Shown here piece after piece: positions 50,283 to 63,300 of a stretch of DNA of 64,000 nucleotides. The position numbers and the translations under genes are program-made. Source of the stretch: Candidatus Latescibacterota bacterium (lineage in GTDB: Bacteria; Latescibacterota; UBA2968; GCA-2709665); NCBI GenBank assembly GCA_965208835.1, contig OZ242358.1, positions 2,464,001 to 2,528,000 on the forward strand, read 5' to 3'. The first letter of the stretch is position 1. Every line of letters begins with the position of its first letter. The notes under the pieces are model-generated. The model was not told the origin of the DNA. It did not search any database and saw nothing but the letters and a program-made list of their open reading frames with translations.

Positions 50283-50708
50283 CTATCCCCAGGCCTTTCC
50301 GCTGGCGCTTCTCTTCTTTTTTCTCAGATCGCTCTTCTCCACCAGAAACCCGAGCAGATTCTTGCGTCCCAGGGTTCTGAGGTAGCTTAATAGAGAGATT
50401 TCAGCTTCCTTTGCGTTGAGCTTGTGGGTTTCGCACAACCGCTTTATCATTGCGGCCACGGACGTGCGGCCGTCACACATATTCCAGACCTCGGAGCCGA
50501 TCTCATCCAGGACCAGCGTTCGTTTTTCAGGAACCCAGAATATCTTGGAGAGGACCTTAACTTTGGTCGTATCCGCGCGCCTTAACGTAATGGTCACTTC
50601 TTCGTCTTTGTTCGTTTTCCATTCCAGCTGGCTGTTCCGTGCAGGCTTGGAATTGAACATCGCTTCCCGGCTGATCTTGGGCTGTTTTTTCAAGGAGAAC
50701 AAGGCCAT
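50283..50708 (-). CDS. PqqD family / RiPP recognition element (RRE) protein
   Basis: LDEIGSEVWNMCDGRTSVAAMIKRL...LLSYLRTL winged-helix PqqD pattern. Confidence 0.8.
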   Translation of the reverse strand: MALFSLKKQPKISREAMFNSKPARNSQLEWKTNKDEEVTITLRRADTTKVKVLSKIFWVPEKRTLVLDEIGSEVWNMCDGRTSVAAMIKRLCETHKLNAKEAEISLLSYLRTLGRKNLLGFLVEKSDLRKKKRSASGKAWG

Positions 50709-50747
50709 AGGGTTTCCGGTGGTTATGAGATTCCGGCGGACCGCCCG

Positions 50748-51716
50748 TCAGGTTGTTGCGTGTTCCGGAACGGCATCCCGGTGGCAGATCACGGAGCGAC
50801 GGACAAATTCAATGTCCGGCGCATCCTTCTGCTTTTTGTAGTAGGCGTGAACCGCGTATATCTTGTTTGCGTGATTGCATGTCCAGACACGGGCTTCCAT
50901 ATTCAGACGCGGTCTGACATTCCAGAACGGCAGAGGCATCAGCAGGCCCCGCCAGCGGCTCTTGGGTTTTCCGGAAAGGAGCAGACCAGGGTGGTTTCCG
51001 ATCTGGGTCTCGCGAAAGTCCAGATTGACCTGCCTCAGGCTCTTGCGAAAGAACTCCTGATACCAGTCCAGAAGCGTGCGTTTTTTCAGGAGCACCTGGG
51101 CGAGGCTGAGCCGGTCGACCTGAAGAATGTCATGGCCGCGCTGAAAACAGAGTCGAAGGTGTCCGGATTTGAGTTCGTAAGATTCAAGCGAAAATAGGGG
51201 AGGGGATGAACACACGAGGTCGTATAACGCCCAGGTCCGGTGACCGTCGGGTGAAGTATCCCGAATTGAATTCAGTATTCGCCGGATATTGTCAACGGCA
51301 TCCTCGTCCTGTTTCGTCCTGACTCTGGCGAACACGAGCCGGTCTGAAGGCGGACTGTAGAAAGCCAGCGCGTGGACCCGGTACTCGGCGTGCCAGGCGA
51401 ATGAGACCGGCGAGCATGCATCGGGCAGATCGAGCCACCCAGCGTCGGGGTTGCGGTTGATGTCGACGCTCTTCTTTCCCTTGCGGGCACTCTCGGCGAG
51501 TCCATCGAGAAAGCGATCCACGATTGGCGCGACTCGCTCGTCGCCCCGGGCATCCTTCCACTCGATTTCCAGTCTTGCCAGCGTGGGGTCATCCAGTCGA
51601 ACGCTGCCTGCCTTGAAATCGCCCGATATCTTGCCGGGATTCCACTCCAAAGGCACTTCGAGCGTCAGCCCTTGCCATCCGAACAGGGACCAGTCTGAGT
51701 AACGTAAAGGCTTCAA
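50748..51716 (-). CDS. Conserved-looking hypothetical protein upstream of the PqqD-like gene
   Basis: Long ORF with FGWQGLTLEVPLEWNPG...RLDD; TTG start after AGGGA chosen because the further upstream extension is MITE sequence. Confidence 0.65.
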   Translation of the reverse strand: MKPLRYSDWSLFGWQGLTLEVPLEWNPGKISGDFKAGSVRLDDPTLARLEIEWKDARGDERVAPIVDRFLDGLAESARKGKKSVDINRNPDAGWLDLPDACSPVSFAWHAEYRVHALAFYSPPSDRLVFARVRTKQDEDAVDNIRRILNSIRDTSPDGHRTWALYDLVCSSPPLFSLESYELKSGHLRLCFQRGHDILQVDRLSLAQVLLKKRTLLDWYQEFFRKSLRQVNLDFRETQIGNHPGLLLSGKPKSRWRGLLMPLPFWNVRPRLNMEARVWTCNHANKIYAVHAYYKKQKDAPDIEFVRRSVICHRDAVPEHATT

Positions 51717-51737
51717 ATAACGCCATCCCTTGCTAAG

Positions 51738-51809
51738 CAGCCCGTTGAAAATGCCCGTCCGGGACGGGACACCATACCTCGCCTGAAGAGCGACGTTATC
51801 AACAGACTG
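51738..51809 (-). mobile_element. MITE family C, copy 3 (short)
   Basis: CAGCCCGTTGAAAA...CCTCGCCTGAAGAGCGACGTTATCAACAGACTG. Confidence 0.75.
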
Positions 51810-52021
51810 CTGGACGATCGATGGAGCCGGATGGATAAATATACGTAACCCGGCATACCTGTCAAGCACTTTATGGTTTATCTAAGTATAGGTTTTGCAG
51901 TGATTTGCAATTGAACTTGGTGGTGGAATGGATGGATTTCAGTTTTGTCGCAACCAGGTGTTCAATGGCAGATTGGCCTGGTATTCGCGGTGGCAAACGG
52001 TCCCACCGCACAAATCAGGTA

Positions 52022-52050
52022 TTGACGAATGAACTAATGTTCACTATATT
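52022..52050 (+). promoter_or_regulatory. lexA promoter with SOS box in the spacer
   Basis: TTGACG-17 nt-TATATT with the palindrome TGAAC-TAAT-GTTCA at 52030-52043. Confidence 0.8.
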
Positions 52051-52143
52051 CAAATGAGCAGTGCTTGTGTCAATGGGCCGAATCGGAACAAGCAGGACGA
52101 TCGTTTCAGGCTTCGAGATCTGGATTGTGGGGAGAGATACACG

Positions 52144-52773
52144 ATGCGTCAGAGGCTGACCGACAGGCAGAGGGCAATTTACGAATTTATCGCCCGAACG
52201 ATAAGAGATGGGGGTGCTCCACCAACGATTCGGGAGACCATGGACGCGTTCAACATTGCTTCCACCAACGGGGTGCGGACCACGCTGGCCGCGCTCGAGA
52301 AAAAGGGCTACATCCGGCGGCGTCCGATGGTATCGAGAGGTATCGAACTCACGGACTACATGGAACGCGACATTCCAGGCGTGTCCGAAACGAGGAATGT
52401 CCCGGTAATCGGACGTGTGGCTGCCGGAGAGCCCGTTCTGGCAACCGAAAACGTTGAGAGCACTGTGGCTGTCGATCGCTCTTTTCTGCCGTCAGAGGAC
52501 GTTTTCGTTCTGCGGGTCAATGGCGAGAGCATGCGCGATGCAGGCATTCTGGATGGCGACTATGTGCTGGCACGCCATCAGGAAACCGCGAGCCCGGGCG
52601 AGATTGTGGTGGCGGTGATCGGGGAGGAGGCAACTGTGAAACGATATTTCCCCGAGGCGGGCCGTGTACGGCTCACCCCGGAAAACGAAGCGTTCGAAGC
52701 CATCGTGGTGCATCCGGGCCGCGACGAGTTCCGCATTGCGGGCAAGATTGTGGGCTTGATGCGCCGGTTCTAA
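52144..52773 (+). CDS. lexA: SOS repressor LexA
   Basis: LTDRQ..PPTIRE, VAAG cleavage site, GESM serine, ATVKR lysine. Confidence 0.95.
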   Translation: MRQRLTDRQRAIYEFIARTIRDGGAPPTIRETMDAFNIASTNGVRTTLAALEKKGYIRRRPMVSRGIELTDYMERDIPGVSETRNVPVIGRVAAGEPVLATENVESTVAVDRSFLPSEDVFVLRVNGESMRDAGILDGDYVLARHQETASPGEIVVAVIGEEATVKRYFPEAGRVRLTPENEAFEAIVVHPGRDEFRIAGKIVGLMRRF

Positions 52774-53031
52774 AAAAAACCAGCGTCCTGAATTTCCGCC
52801 TCTCTCGGCTTCGAGGGGGGTATTTTTGTGGTACATTGAAACGGGCGGTTTTCGTTCCGGCGTGTTGGCGTCTCTTCGCCTGGGAAAGGTCGAGGGGGCC
52901 AAGCAGCCGGAGTGACAGAACCCAGTCACGGCCTTTAGTCCCGATCCGAAAATACGGCGACCCTACGCAAACACCTTAAACGGGGCGTAGAGGTCGTCCA
53001 AAAAGACGTTTTTTCAGTTCATGTCCAACTA

Positions 53032-53123
53032 CCTGGTGTATTCTGGTAACCCGCAGTTTAATCGCATCTATCGACTTGCACATATTCGGTTTTGCGTCCG
53101 CGAAAAATTTCGAAGCCAGGTTA
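53032..53123 (+). repeat. MITE-like repeat family A, copy 3
   Basis: CTGGTGTATTCTGGTAACCCGCAGTTTAATCGC...CGAAGCCAGGTTA; overlaps the dprA stop codon. Confidence 0.8.
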
Positions 53124-54248
53124 GCCTAATCCGGCACGTGCCGGCTTCCGGACGAAGCACTTTCCAGGTCGTTGCTCGGCGACGCCGGCCAACTCCAGCG
53201 ACAGCAGTACAGAAAGCACGCTGGCGGCTGGCATATCCGTACGGTCGGCGATGGTATCGACGTGGGCCGGCATGTCGGTGGACAGGCATTCGTATATCTG
53301 ACGTTCCTGCGTCGAGAGTTCCGGGGGTTCTTCCGCCGGATTCCGGCGGGTTTTCGGCGGCGGAATTCTTGTCAGTTGCGGACGAAGTTCATCCAGTATG
53401 TCCTCCACGGACTGGACCAGAACTGCACCCTGCCTGATCAGTTTGTTAGTGCCCCGGCTTCGGCCTGAATGAACCGGTCCTGGAATGGCGAAGACCTCCC
53501 GGTTTTGGTCAAGCGCCAGCCGGGCGGTTATCAGTGCGCCGCTGCGTTCACCCGCCTCTACGACCAGGACACCAAGGCTGAGTCCGCTGATGATTCGGTT
53601 GCGGCGAGGAAAATTGTGGGCTTCCGCGGATGCTCCCATGGGGAATTCCGAAAGCGTGGCTCCGGTTTCGCTGATGTCCCGGAACAGGTCCCGGTTTTGT
53701 GGCGGATACGGCCTGTCCAGCCCGCTACCCAGCACGGCGACGGTGTATCCTCGTTCGGCAAGCGCCGCCTGGTGGACGTGTGTGTCGATGCCGGTGGCCA
53801 GACCGCTGACCACGGTTATTCCCCGGCGAACGAGTTCTGCCGACATCTGATGGGCAATTTCTCTCCCGTAGGACGTGAATGAGCGTGAGCCAACGATCGC
53901 GACCGTGGGATGTGCACAAACATTTATTTTTCCGAGTACATATAGAATTGGCGGTGGCGCGTGGGTTTCTCGAAGATAGACCGGATAGTCGGGACACTGC
54001 AGCGTCAGCAGATGGACACGGGCATCTTCGGCGCGTCGAAGTTGCTCTTCAGCCCATGACAGGTCGCGATCCGCATGGATCGCATCGGCAAGTTCCGGGC
54101 CAATACCCGGCACCGTGCACAGACGTTCACGGGGCGCCCGTAATATTTCTCCCGGGCTGCAGAATTTTCGCAGCAATGCGGAATAGGCGACGGGTCCGAG
54201 CCCGGAGACCGAATGAAGCGTTAACCAGTCTAGGATTTCTTTGGGCAT
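53121..54248 (-). CDS. dprA: DNA-processing protein DprA
   Basis: AIVGSR, VSGLATGID, FPRRNRIISGLS, SGALITA, C-terminal wH. Confidence 0.95.
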   Translation of the reverse strand: MPKEILDWLTLHSVSGLGPVAYSALLRKFCSPGEILRAPRERLCTVPGIGPELADAIHADRDLSWAEEQLRRAEDARVHLLTLQCPDYPVYLRETHAPPPILYVLGKINVCAHPTVAIVGSRSFTSYGREIAHQMSAELVRRGITVVSGLATGIDTHVHQAALAERGYTVAVLGSGLDRPYPPQNRDLFRDISETGATLSEFPMGASAEAHNFPRRNRIISGLSLGVLVVEAGERSGALITARLALDQNREVFAIPGPVHSGRSRGTNKLIRQGAVLVQSVEDILDELRPQLTRIPPPKTRRNPAEEPPELSTQERQIYECLSTDMPAHVDTIADRTDMPAASVLSVLLSLELAGVAEQRPGKCFVRKPARAGLG

Positions 54249-54462
54249 ATTGGCCTAAGCATCACAATCGTAGACGGCAACCAGGTGTGGTTCGCGGCAG
54301 ATTCAGCTTAGCAGTATGCAAAAGAAATACCAGAAAAAAACCGGGGAATTGCGGCGTGGTAGACGCCATGCGGTGAACGGGACTTTCAGATGCGGCATCG
54401 CGTTCGAAAGGAACTTGCAGGAGGACGGAGCGAGGAAGGGAATTGAAGCCTGGTCAAACCGG

Positions 54463-55977
<1,515 letters not shown>

Positions 55978-55981
<4 letters not shown>

Positions 55982-56931
55982 GTTTGTTCCTTTGCGAGCT
56001 TCATGTATGCCAACCCACCCGCAACACTGAAGGTAGACTGGTTCACAAGGAAATGCCGCTGTGACTCCGGGAGCGTCTCTGTCGTGCAGTTCAAAAAGGG
56101 CAGCAGGGTTTCGAATCCTGGCCCTACCGCTCTCTCGATGCGCTGGCCGAGGGTCTCAATCCGATGATTCTCCCCGCACAACAGAACATGATCGAATTCC
56201 GCGCTGTCCCGGTTGAAGTGGCGCCTCTCATTGAGCCAGCGCCGCAATATGGCGTCGGTTTTTTCCAGGATCGCGTACTCGCGCGAGGTCTCATCCTGCA
56301 ACCCGCTAACCGGCCTCGTGTTTTCCAGGCAGACAGCTTCCGCCGAAACCAGTTTGCCGGATTCCGTCGCCACAAAATAGAGCCAGGGATGTCCACCCAT
56401 GACGGCGGCACCGGATCCGGCCTGGCCCTTCGCCATCAGACAGGCATAATACAGTCCGATAGGTTCGGTTTCCAGCCGATACTTCGTCACGAGAAGCGAC
56501 GAAAGCAATTCCGAACAGAAATCAAGAACCTCCTTGCGGATGGCAATCCAGAACGCTGCCCGTCCCACTGCGATGTAATCGACGACATACCTCTCGATTG
56601 GGTCGACCAGCGTTTGCGCTGCCTCCCAGGTGATGTGTTCCTGCCTGTCTTCGGACGAAGCCAGTTCCAGGTGAGACTTCTGCAGGTGAAAGAAGCCGCC
56701 TCCCAGAGAGAGAACAACGGACCCTGGAACTTTCTGAACCTGTGCGAAGGCATTCTTTAGACCCTCCGCAATGCATTGCCGGACTAGAGGCTGAACAGGC
56801 CAATGCGGTATAACAGGCGTGGCCAGGCGGGTCTCGAAGAGCGCACAGAGCCGGTATCCCGCCGGTGTGCGTTCCAGGCACGCCAATCGAAGCAGGTCGC
56901 CGGCAATCTGAATCCCCGTCGCCCGGGTCAT
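55978..56931 (-). CDS. Hypothetical protein, degenerate PilM/actin-like fold
   Basis: N-terminal GIQI..DLLRL, WEAAQ, VLLCG and C-terminal FSVAGGLA resemble PilM features. Confidence 0.5.
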
Positions 56932-57314
56932 TGACCGCCCACCGTAATCTTCGACCCCAGTCTTTGCAGCGTTTTACTTCCAATACCCTTTACACGGGTC
57001 AATTCATCCACGGACTTGAATGGGCCCCGCTGATTGCGGTCGTCCACAATACGACGGGCAATTTTGGGACCGATACCCGGAAGGCGCGTCAGCTGTCCGG
57101 CTGAAGCCCGGTTCAGATCAATTGGGCCGGCGTGTTGCTCTATAGATTCTGTTTTTTCCGCTTTACCGGGTACCGGTACCGCACCCTTCTGAATGTGAAA
57201 ATCCGGGAGGTCGCTCCCGCTGTATCGCTCAATCAGATTGACCGCCCCTCCGATCAGCAGTGCGGCAGTCAGACCCAGTAATACGAACCGTTCCTTGCGA
57301 TTGAAGGAAAACAC
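56928..57314 (-). CDS. comEA: ComEA-like helix-hairpin-helix DNA-binding protein
   Basis: N-terminal TM segment; IDLNRAS..LTRLPGIGPKIA, GPFKSVDELTRVKGIG. Confidence 0.85.
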   Translation of the reverse strand: MFSFNRKERFVLLGLTAALLIGGAVNLIERYSGSDLPDFHIQKGAVPVPGKAEKTESIEQHAGPIDLNRASAGQLTRLPGIGPKIARRIVDDRNQRGPFKSVDELTRVKGIGSKTLQRLGSKITVGGQ

Positions 57315-57368
57315 ACGTACTCCTTAAGATAGCGAGCCCGGATCAGAGTTGAAAGGCGGGCGGATTTT

Positions 57369-60300
57369 TCAATTGAAGCGGATTTCTCCCCATACTTTGA
57401 ATTCCCAGACCCTGTTGTTCAGGTCCCGGAGCTTGTCCTTCCGGTTTTCGTGCCGGAAGCGGGTCCCGCCCGTAAACTTGCGGCTGAACTCATATTGGCC
57501 CGCAAGGCTGGCGTGCCAGCGATCTTCGCTCTGGCGCACAACGGCCTGTTCAGTTTCGGTCGCTTCCGCGTTTCGGGGAATCTCCCTTTTGAGGTTGGTG
57601 TTGGTTCCGTACTCAAGGGTTAGGTCCAGGTTGCTCTGCAATTTCCTGACGAACTTCGAACTGAGTGAATACCTGAGGGATGCCGTGAACTGGGACGTTT
57701 CGGTCATGGTCGTACCAATCAGGCGTTCCTCCAGTGTCGGCTGTACCAGGGTGGTATCGGATGCCACATTACGCTGGTACCGGAGGTCGCTCTGACGACT
57801 GCGGTTTCTGCGGAGAATCGTGTTCATTCTGTTCTTCCATTTGGCCTGCCAGGCGAGAAGTGGCCTGAACTCGGTTCTCCGCGTATCGCTGGTCAGGACG
57901 TTGTCATCCAGCCCGCCGTCGCCCCGGAGGGTGCGGTTAGTATTATAGTTGAAGCTGAGATTCGAACTGGTGAACAGCCATCTCAAGACCGGAATTTCCC
58001 CGAGGCCGCGCCAGTTTATGCCAAAAGCCGGATACTCCAGTTTCTGTTCTTCCGTATTGGCATTGCCAAAACTCTTCGTATGATTAAACGTCAGATTGGT
58101 ACTGCCACGAAAACCGGCCGGAAGGCGGACTCCGCCCTTAAGAATCGCATTGTCCGTGATGTTTCTGGTGTTGACGCGTGTAATGCCCCCTGATCCGTAA
58201 CGGAGCGAAGTCGTCGTGTCGGTGAGACCGAGTTGGAACTTCAACGCGGGTCGACGCCGCAGGCCGAAGAGATTGAACGTTCGGTTTCGATGGACGTTGA
58301 CCTGTACGGCTTCCAATGCCCCGCCCATTCTTCCAATCAGCCGGATTACGGAAAGCCCGGTCTGGTCCTTCGACGGACGTGCCAGAGAGCGAAAGAGACC
58401 AGGCAGGTTCAGGCTGAACCTGCCGCCGACGCGGCTGTTGTTGCCCGCGGTCAGTCCCCTGCGTTCGTTGCCAATGGGGATACGCTGGCCCCCCGATTCG
58501 AGCCGCTCACGATATCGTGAGGAGTAGTCGGAATTGACGTTGAGCCACTTGGAAACGCGGGGTGTGAAGTTGAAGCTCACCTCCTGATTTCGTGTGGTCT
58601 CGCGGCCAAACTGAAGCCGGGCGAAATCGAACGAATTCCGGAGGTCGCGGCTCACCGCGAGGGAATAGTTGGCGTTCAGGCTTCGAAAGGGAGTCAGTTT
58701 TATGGCGAAACTCTCGTTGACGTTGAAGGTCTCGTTCAGAACCGCGATAACGTCGGACGTGTCGCCTTCGATGGCCGAGAAGGAGCGTCTGTTGATGTTC
58801 TTCCGGTCGAAGCGCAGATTATAACGAAGCGTTGACGGGAGGTAGAAGAATTGGACTTCGTCAAAATAGGTCCCCAGTCCCGGGACCCAGGTGAGGATTT
58901 TAACGCCCTGCTGTCTGGGCCAGCTGACGTCATAGCTGAGACTCCCGTTGAAATTATGCTCTTTGTTGGACCGGCGCCGAGTGATCGCGCCGCTGACCGC
59001 GTTATTGGACAGCAAGTTCATGGACGCGTTGACCCGGTCGAAGAGAAGTCTGGCTATCCAGCGGCGGTCATTCGCCGCTGGACGTTTGCGCAGAGAGACA
59101 TTGAACCGTGAAGAAGCGCGGACCGCGTTCTCCCTGCCCTTCTGCTGTTCGGTCAGTACGATGTCGGAACCCTGTCGGATGCGGGGTACCGATCCGTTCC
59201 GAAGGTAATTGAACCGTACCGGAATGACGGTGTTCCACCTGTCGGGCAGGAATTTATTCAGATTGAATGAACCGTTCATGCTGACCTGGGTTGTCGTATT
59301 GCCCGTGGAGCGCCCCTGGAGATCCTGGAAGTCACCGCTTCTGCGTTCCAGATTCAGGCTCACATTGCCCAGGTCAGCCAGTGTAGACTGAACGTTCAGT
59401 AGCATGGATACGGCGTTTTTCTTGCGGATTCGGTCGACACGGAGTTCATCCAGCCAGATTTCGTTTTCGCCATCCAGAGGAAAATCTCCGGTGTTTCTTA
59501 CGCCGACCACGAATGACTTGATATTCGACAGTGCCGGGTTGCCGCGGACGGTATACGTCCCACCGTGCAGGTCCGCGCGAATCTGACTGGCTTCGCTGTC
59601 GTAGTCGGCCGGGATTTCTCCGCTCGGTAGGGAAATCCTCAGGGTGTCGGACGCCTGTCCGATGGCCTTGAGGTCCGTAAGCTTTGCCTTGATCTGCGTC
59701 AGGACATCGAGCTCGATTCTGAATGTGTTGTTCTCCGGCGACCAGCCCCGATAGACAGGCTTCCTGTACTCATAGAAGTTGAGCGTATCTTCGCCGATGG
59801 GTGAAAATCTTACGAAGAGTTCGATCGGGCTGAAACTGCCCGCGGCCGAATCGGGTTCTGCGGGAAAATTGGACTCGTAGGTGGGTGACGTGGGATTCCC
59901 GCCGTGCGCGAACATGGTCATCAGGCCGTATCGCGTGTAATTCTGTCCGTCGGTAAAGGTCCGTGAAGCCGACACGCTCTCGCCGGGAAAGAGGTCTTCA
60001 AACCGGAGAACGAGCGACCGTTCGAGGAGTTGTCTTCCCGTCTGTGGATCGATCTCGCGTTCGAGGCCGGGCGGAAGTTCGTAGACCTGATTGTCGGTGC
60101 CGATGGTGGCTACCCTGAAGTCCCCCGACTGTTGTCCATCGGGATTTTCATCTTCGAGCCAGTCACTTCCTACGGCGGCAATTGTATAGATGTCGAGGGA
60201 GGTTGTATCGTCGTGTTCGATCCAGATTCGTGCAAAGTCAAAGACACCGGCGAAGGTGGTATCTGGATTGCCTTCGACGGCGCGCGGCGCATTGCTGCCG

Positions 60301-63300
60301 CGCAAGGGAATGCGCAACAGCCTCCAGGGCCTGTCGGAAGGATCCGACTGGCTGCCCACGACGAGCACGGAAGGGCCGTCGTACCCGCCCGTAGCAGGAT
60401 TCCAGCCCCGATCCGACGCGAGGTCGACGCCATAGTGCAGGTAATGGTTTCGGGTATCCAGGATGCCGTTTCGGTTGAGGTCTTCGGAATCGGGTCTCTG
60501 TTCACGCTCGGAATTGTTGTTCTGGGTACCATTAATGCCCGCCGGGTACCGGAAGCGAAGGTCCTCCTGGTCGTCGTCCACGTCCTTGAAATTGTCGTCC
60601 GAAGGATCGTCGGGTACGGTCACGCCGGGGTAGATCAGGCGAAAGACCGAATCTTCCTGGGCATCGGTCAGGCCGTCCAGGCCGATGTCCTCTTCCGGTA
60701 TGGCCACGTCATCGCCAGTGGGAAAACCGGGCAGGGGGCGGTCTTCGGTGCGAAACTGCCCGGGAGGCGGCGGGTTGAACGTCGCGTGGTCGAGCAGCAG
60801 GTCCGCCCGCTCGGAGATCTCACCCAGATCGATATGCAGCCGGCCGGAATTCCCCCTGACCCAGAGCTCGATAAACTTCGACCGGGAAAAGTCCATGCCA
60901 AACAGATAACTCGAAATGCCCGCCCAGGAGTTTTCAGGGAGGCCGCCGGCCGGGTTCCTTGAGGTCTCGGGAAAGCCGTTGGTGCGGTGCGGCTCGAACC
61001 GGACGCTGAGAACGTCGTCGATGATGCTGCTTTCCACGGGAATATCGTCGCGGCTAGGCTGAATCTCGTAGATGGTTATCCGGTCCCGATCCACCAGATT
61101 GTACCAGGTGAGGCGTCCCTTCGGCATCGAGAGGGGGAGCCCGTTCCGGGTTGGGAAGCTTCCGGCGGACCAGTCGAATTTCCACGTCGAGAACGATTTC
61201 CTGCTTTCGGCGCCTTCGAAGTCATCGATGTACGCTACGTTCTTCGTATTCGGGTTGGGAAGGCTCTGAGCGATTTCCATGTCGACATTGAACGCCGATG
61301 GCGCCTGGGTTGAGACAAACGGCAGCCTGTTGGCGAGATCGGTGAGGATTTGCGGCTTGAAGCGGAAGCGGCCGTTCATATCCCAGATCAGGGTTCGCGC
61401 AGGTTCTTCGCCCACGCGGACTCGTTGCTGGGTGGCGCTTTCGCTGCCGTAGAGCAGGCTCAGGCCCACCATCGAGACGTTGTCCCTGAACGGGTGCTCC
61501 GCCCGGATGCCAAGAAGGCTCTTCTGCGCGCCACCCAGACCGAACTGGCTCTTGGATCTGTAGTTGATTACCAGGCTGGCGGAAGGGTCGGCCGCGAGGT
61601 CTGCGGCTTCGCCGACCAATACGATTGTGCCGAATTCATAATCGATGTTGTAGTCCCGCCCACGGGTCAGCGGACGATTATTCAACAGCACTTCCTCGCT
61701 GTTTTCAATCAGGCCTAACCCAAGTTGGAATTTGGTGGCCCTGCGATTTGATCGGATTCGTAGGAAATACTGGCCTTTCTGGGCCCGGGTGGTGTTGTTG
61801 GTCGTGTTGTAGATCTCGGGAACCCGGGTGTCGTCCGACAGCGCCTCTGCGCCGACACCGCGTTCACCGAATGGCTCGAGGTCGGGAAACACGAGGTGGC
61901 CGGTCAGTAGATTGAGTCCGGGCAGATTCGTGCCTCCGTCGATGTCGATGAGGTTGTCCGGTGGCGTGGACTCCGAAGCGCCGTTCGTGTGTCTGTCCAG
62001 GCCGAAGATCTGAAGGTAGGGTGTACCGCTCTGGTTGTCCACCGCCTCCTGGCCGGGCACGTCTCTGAGGATCTCGAGTTCAAAGCCCTCGGGCTCGATT
62101 TCACGGCCGCCCAGGAAATACACGTTTCGCCACGCCAGGTCCCACGTTGGAAATTCCGGCCTTTGTTGTCGGGCGTGAATGAGTTTCAGTCTGATCTTCG
62201 CATCGGGGTCTGAGGGGTCCTGGATGAAATTCAGGTCGCCGAAGATCCGACCGTCGGCCGTCCGGTATGCAACGGCAAGGCTGTGACTTCGCTGGACCCT
62301 CTGGCGGGTCATAATCAGATACCCTCTGGCGTCGACCAGAAACTCGGAGCGGTCCAGTTCGTGAAAAAACCCCTCTTCGATACCCCCGCTCTGCGCATCA
62401 CCCGCATTGGCATCGGGCTGCGGAGCAGGTCCGTCGGACCAGAACGCATATCCGATCCCGCGTCCGGCGCGCTGCTCAATATCGTTGCGATCGTTGAAGT
62501 CATTCAGAAAGACCCGGACGGAATTGATGTCCACGAGATCCGGGCGCCCGGGTTCGTCCGGAAAACTCCGGCGGTATACCTGGTCGAGGAAGAAGTACCG
62601 GTTTTCTTCGTAGTCATAGTCCCTGATTCTATGCGCGATTTCCTCCGCCTGACCCTGGAAGGACTTTTGGTTGCTGGTGCCACGGTCGTGGCTGGTGACC
62701 ACCGTTACGTCCAATCCGCCCAGACGTCCCCGGCCCTTGATTCCGAACAGACCGCTTCCGCTGGACCCGCTGAAGCCTACCAGACGGGTGCCCGGCAGAC
62801 TGAGGGAGGTTCTTCCCGCCTCAATCTCCTGAATGATATCGTCTTCGTCTCCGTCGTAGCGGAATTGCAGCGATTCGCTGATATCGGTCTGGCCGCGGCT
62901 GTCCTGTTGCAGGTTCAACGAAATACGGTCGCCTATGGTACCCTGCACGTTCAACTGGGATTCCTGCTCGAAATTGACGGTAAAGCCCTCTTGCGCCCGT
63001 GCGCGAACAGTCTGAGCCTGTCCGCCCACGGTGGTATTCCTGCCAGACAGATCGATGCGCCGCGATCCGGTAATTTTAATATTGGTATCGCCTTCACCTG
63101 TAATGACGCTCAATGCCTTGGGCACCTTGACGGGTATCTTGATATCCACGAGCGCCCCGCCCATCCCACGGCGAGTTTGCACGGGAAGGCTGAGTTTGTC
63201 GGCGACCACGCGACCAAAGTCGGCGTCGAATTTATATGCGAACAGCCCCTTTATGGTGATGACCGCCGGTATGCCATGAACGACGTCGCCGGCGGTTTTG

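Noticed and set aside
51717-51869. N-terminal extension of the 50748..51869 ORF
   Set aside because: It overlaps MITE family C copy 3; a TTG start with an RBS at 51716 is more plausible
52958-52996. CGACCCTACGC...GCGTAGAGGTCG hairpin resembling a GTAG-type REP
   Set aside because: Single imperfect copy in the window; cannot be separated from an ordinary terminator-like stem between convergent genes
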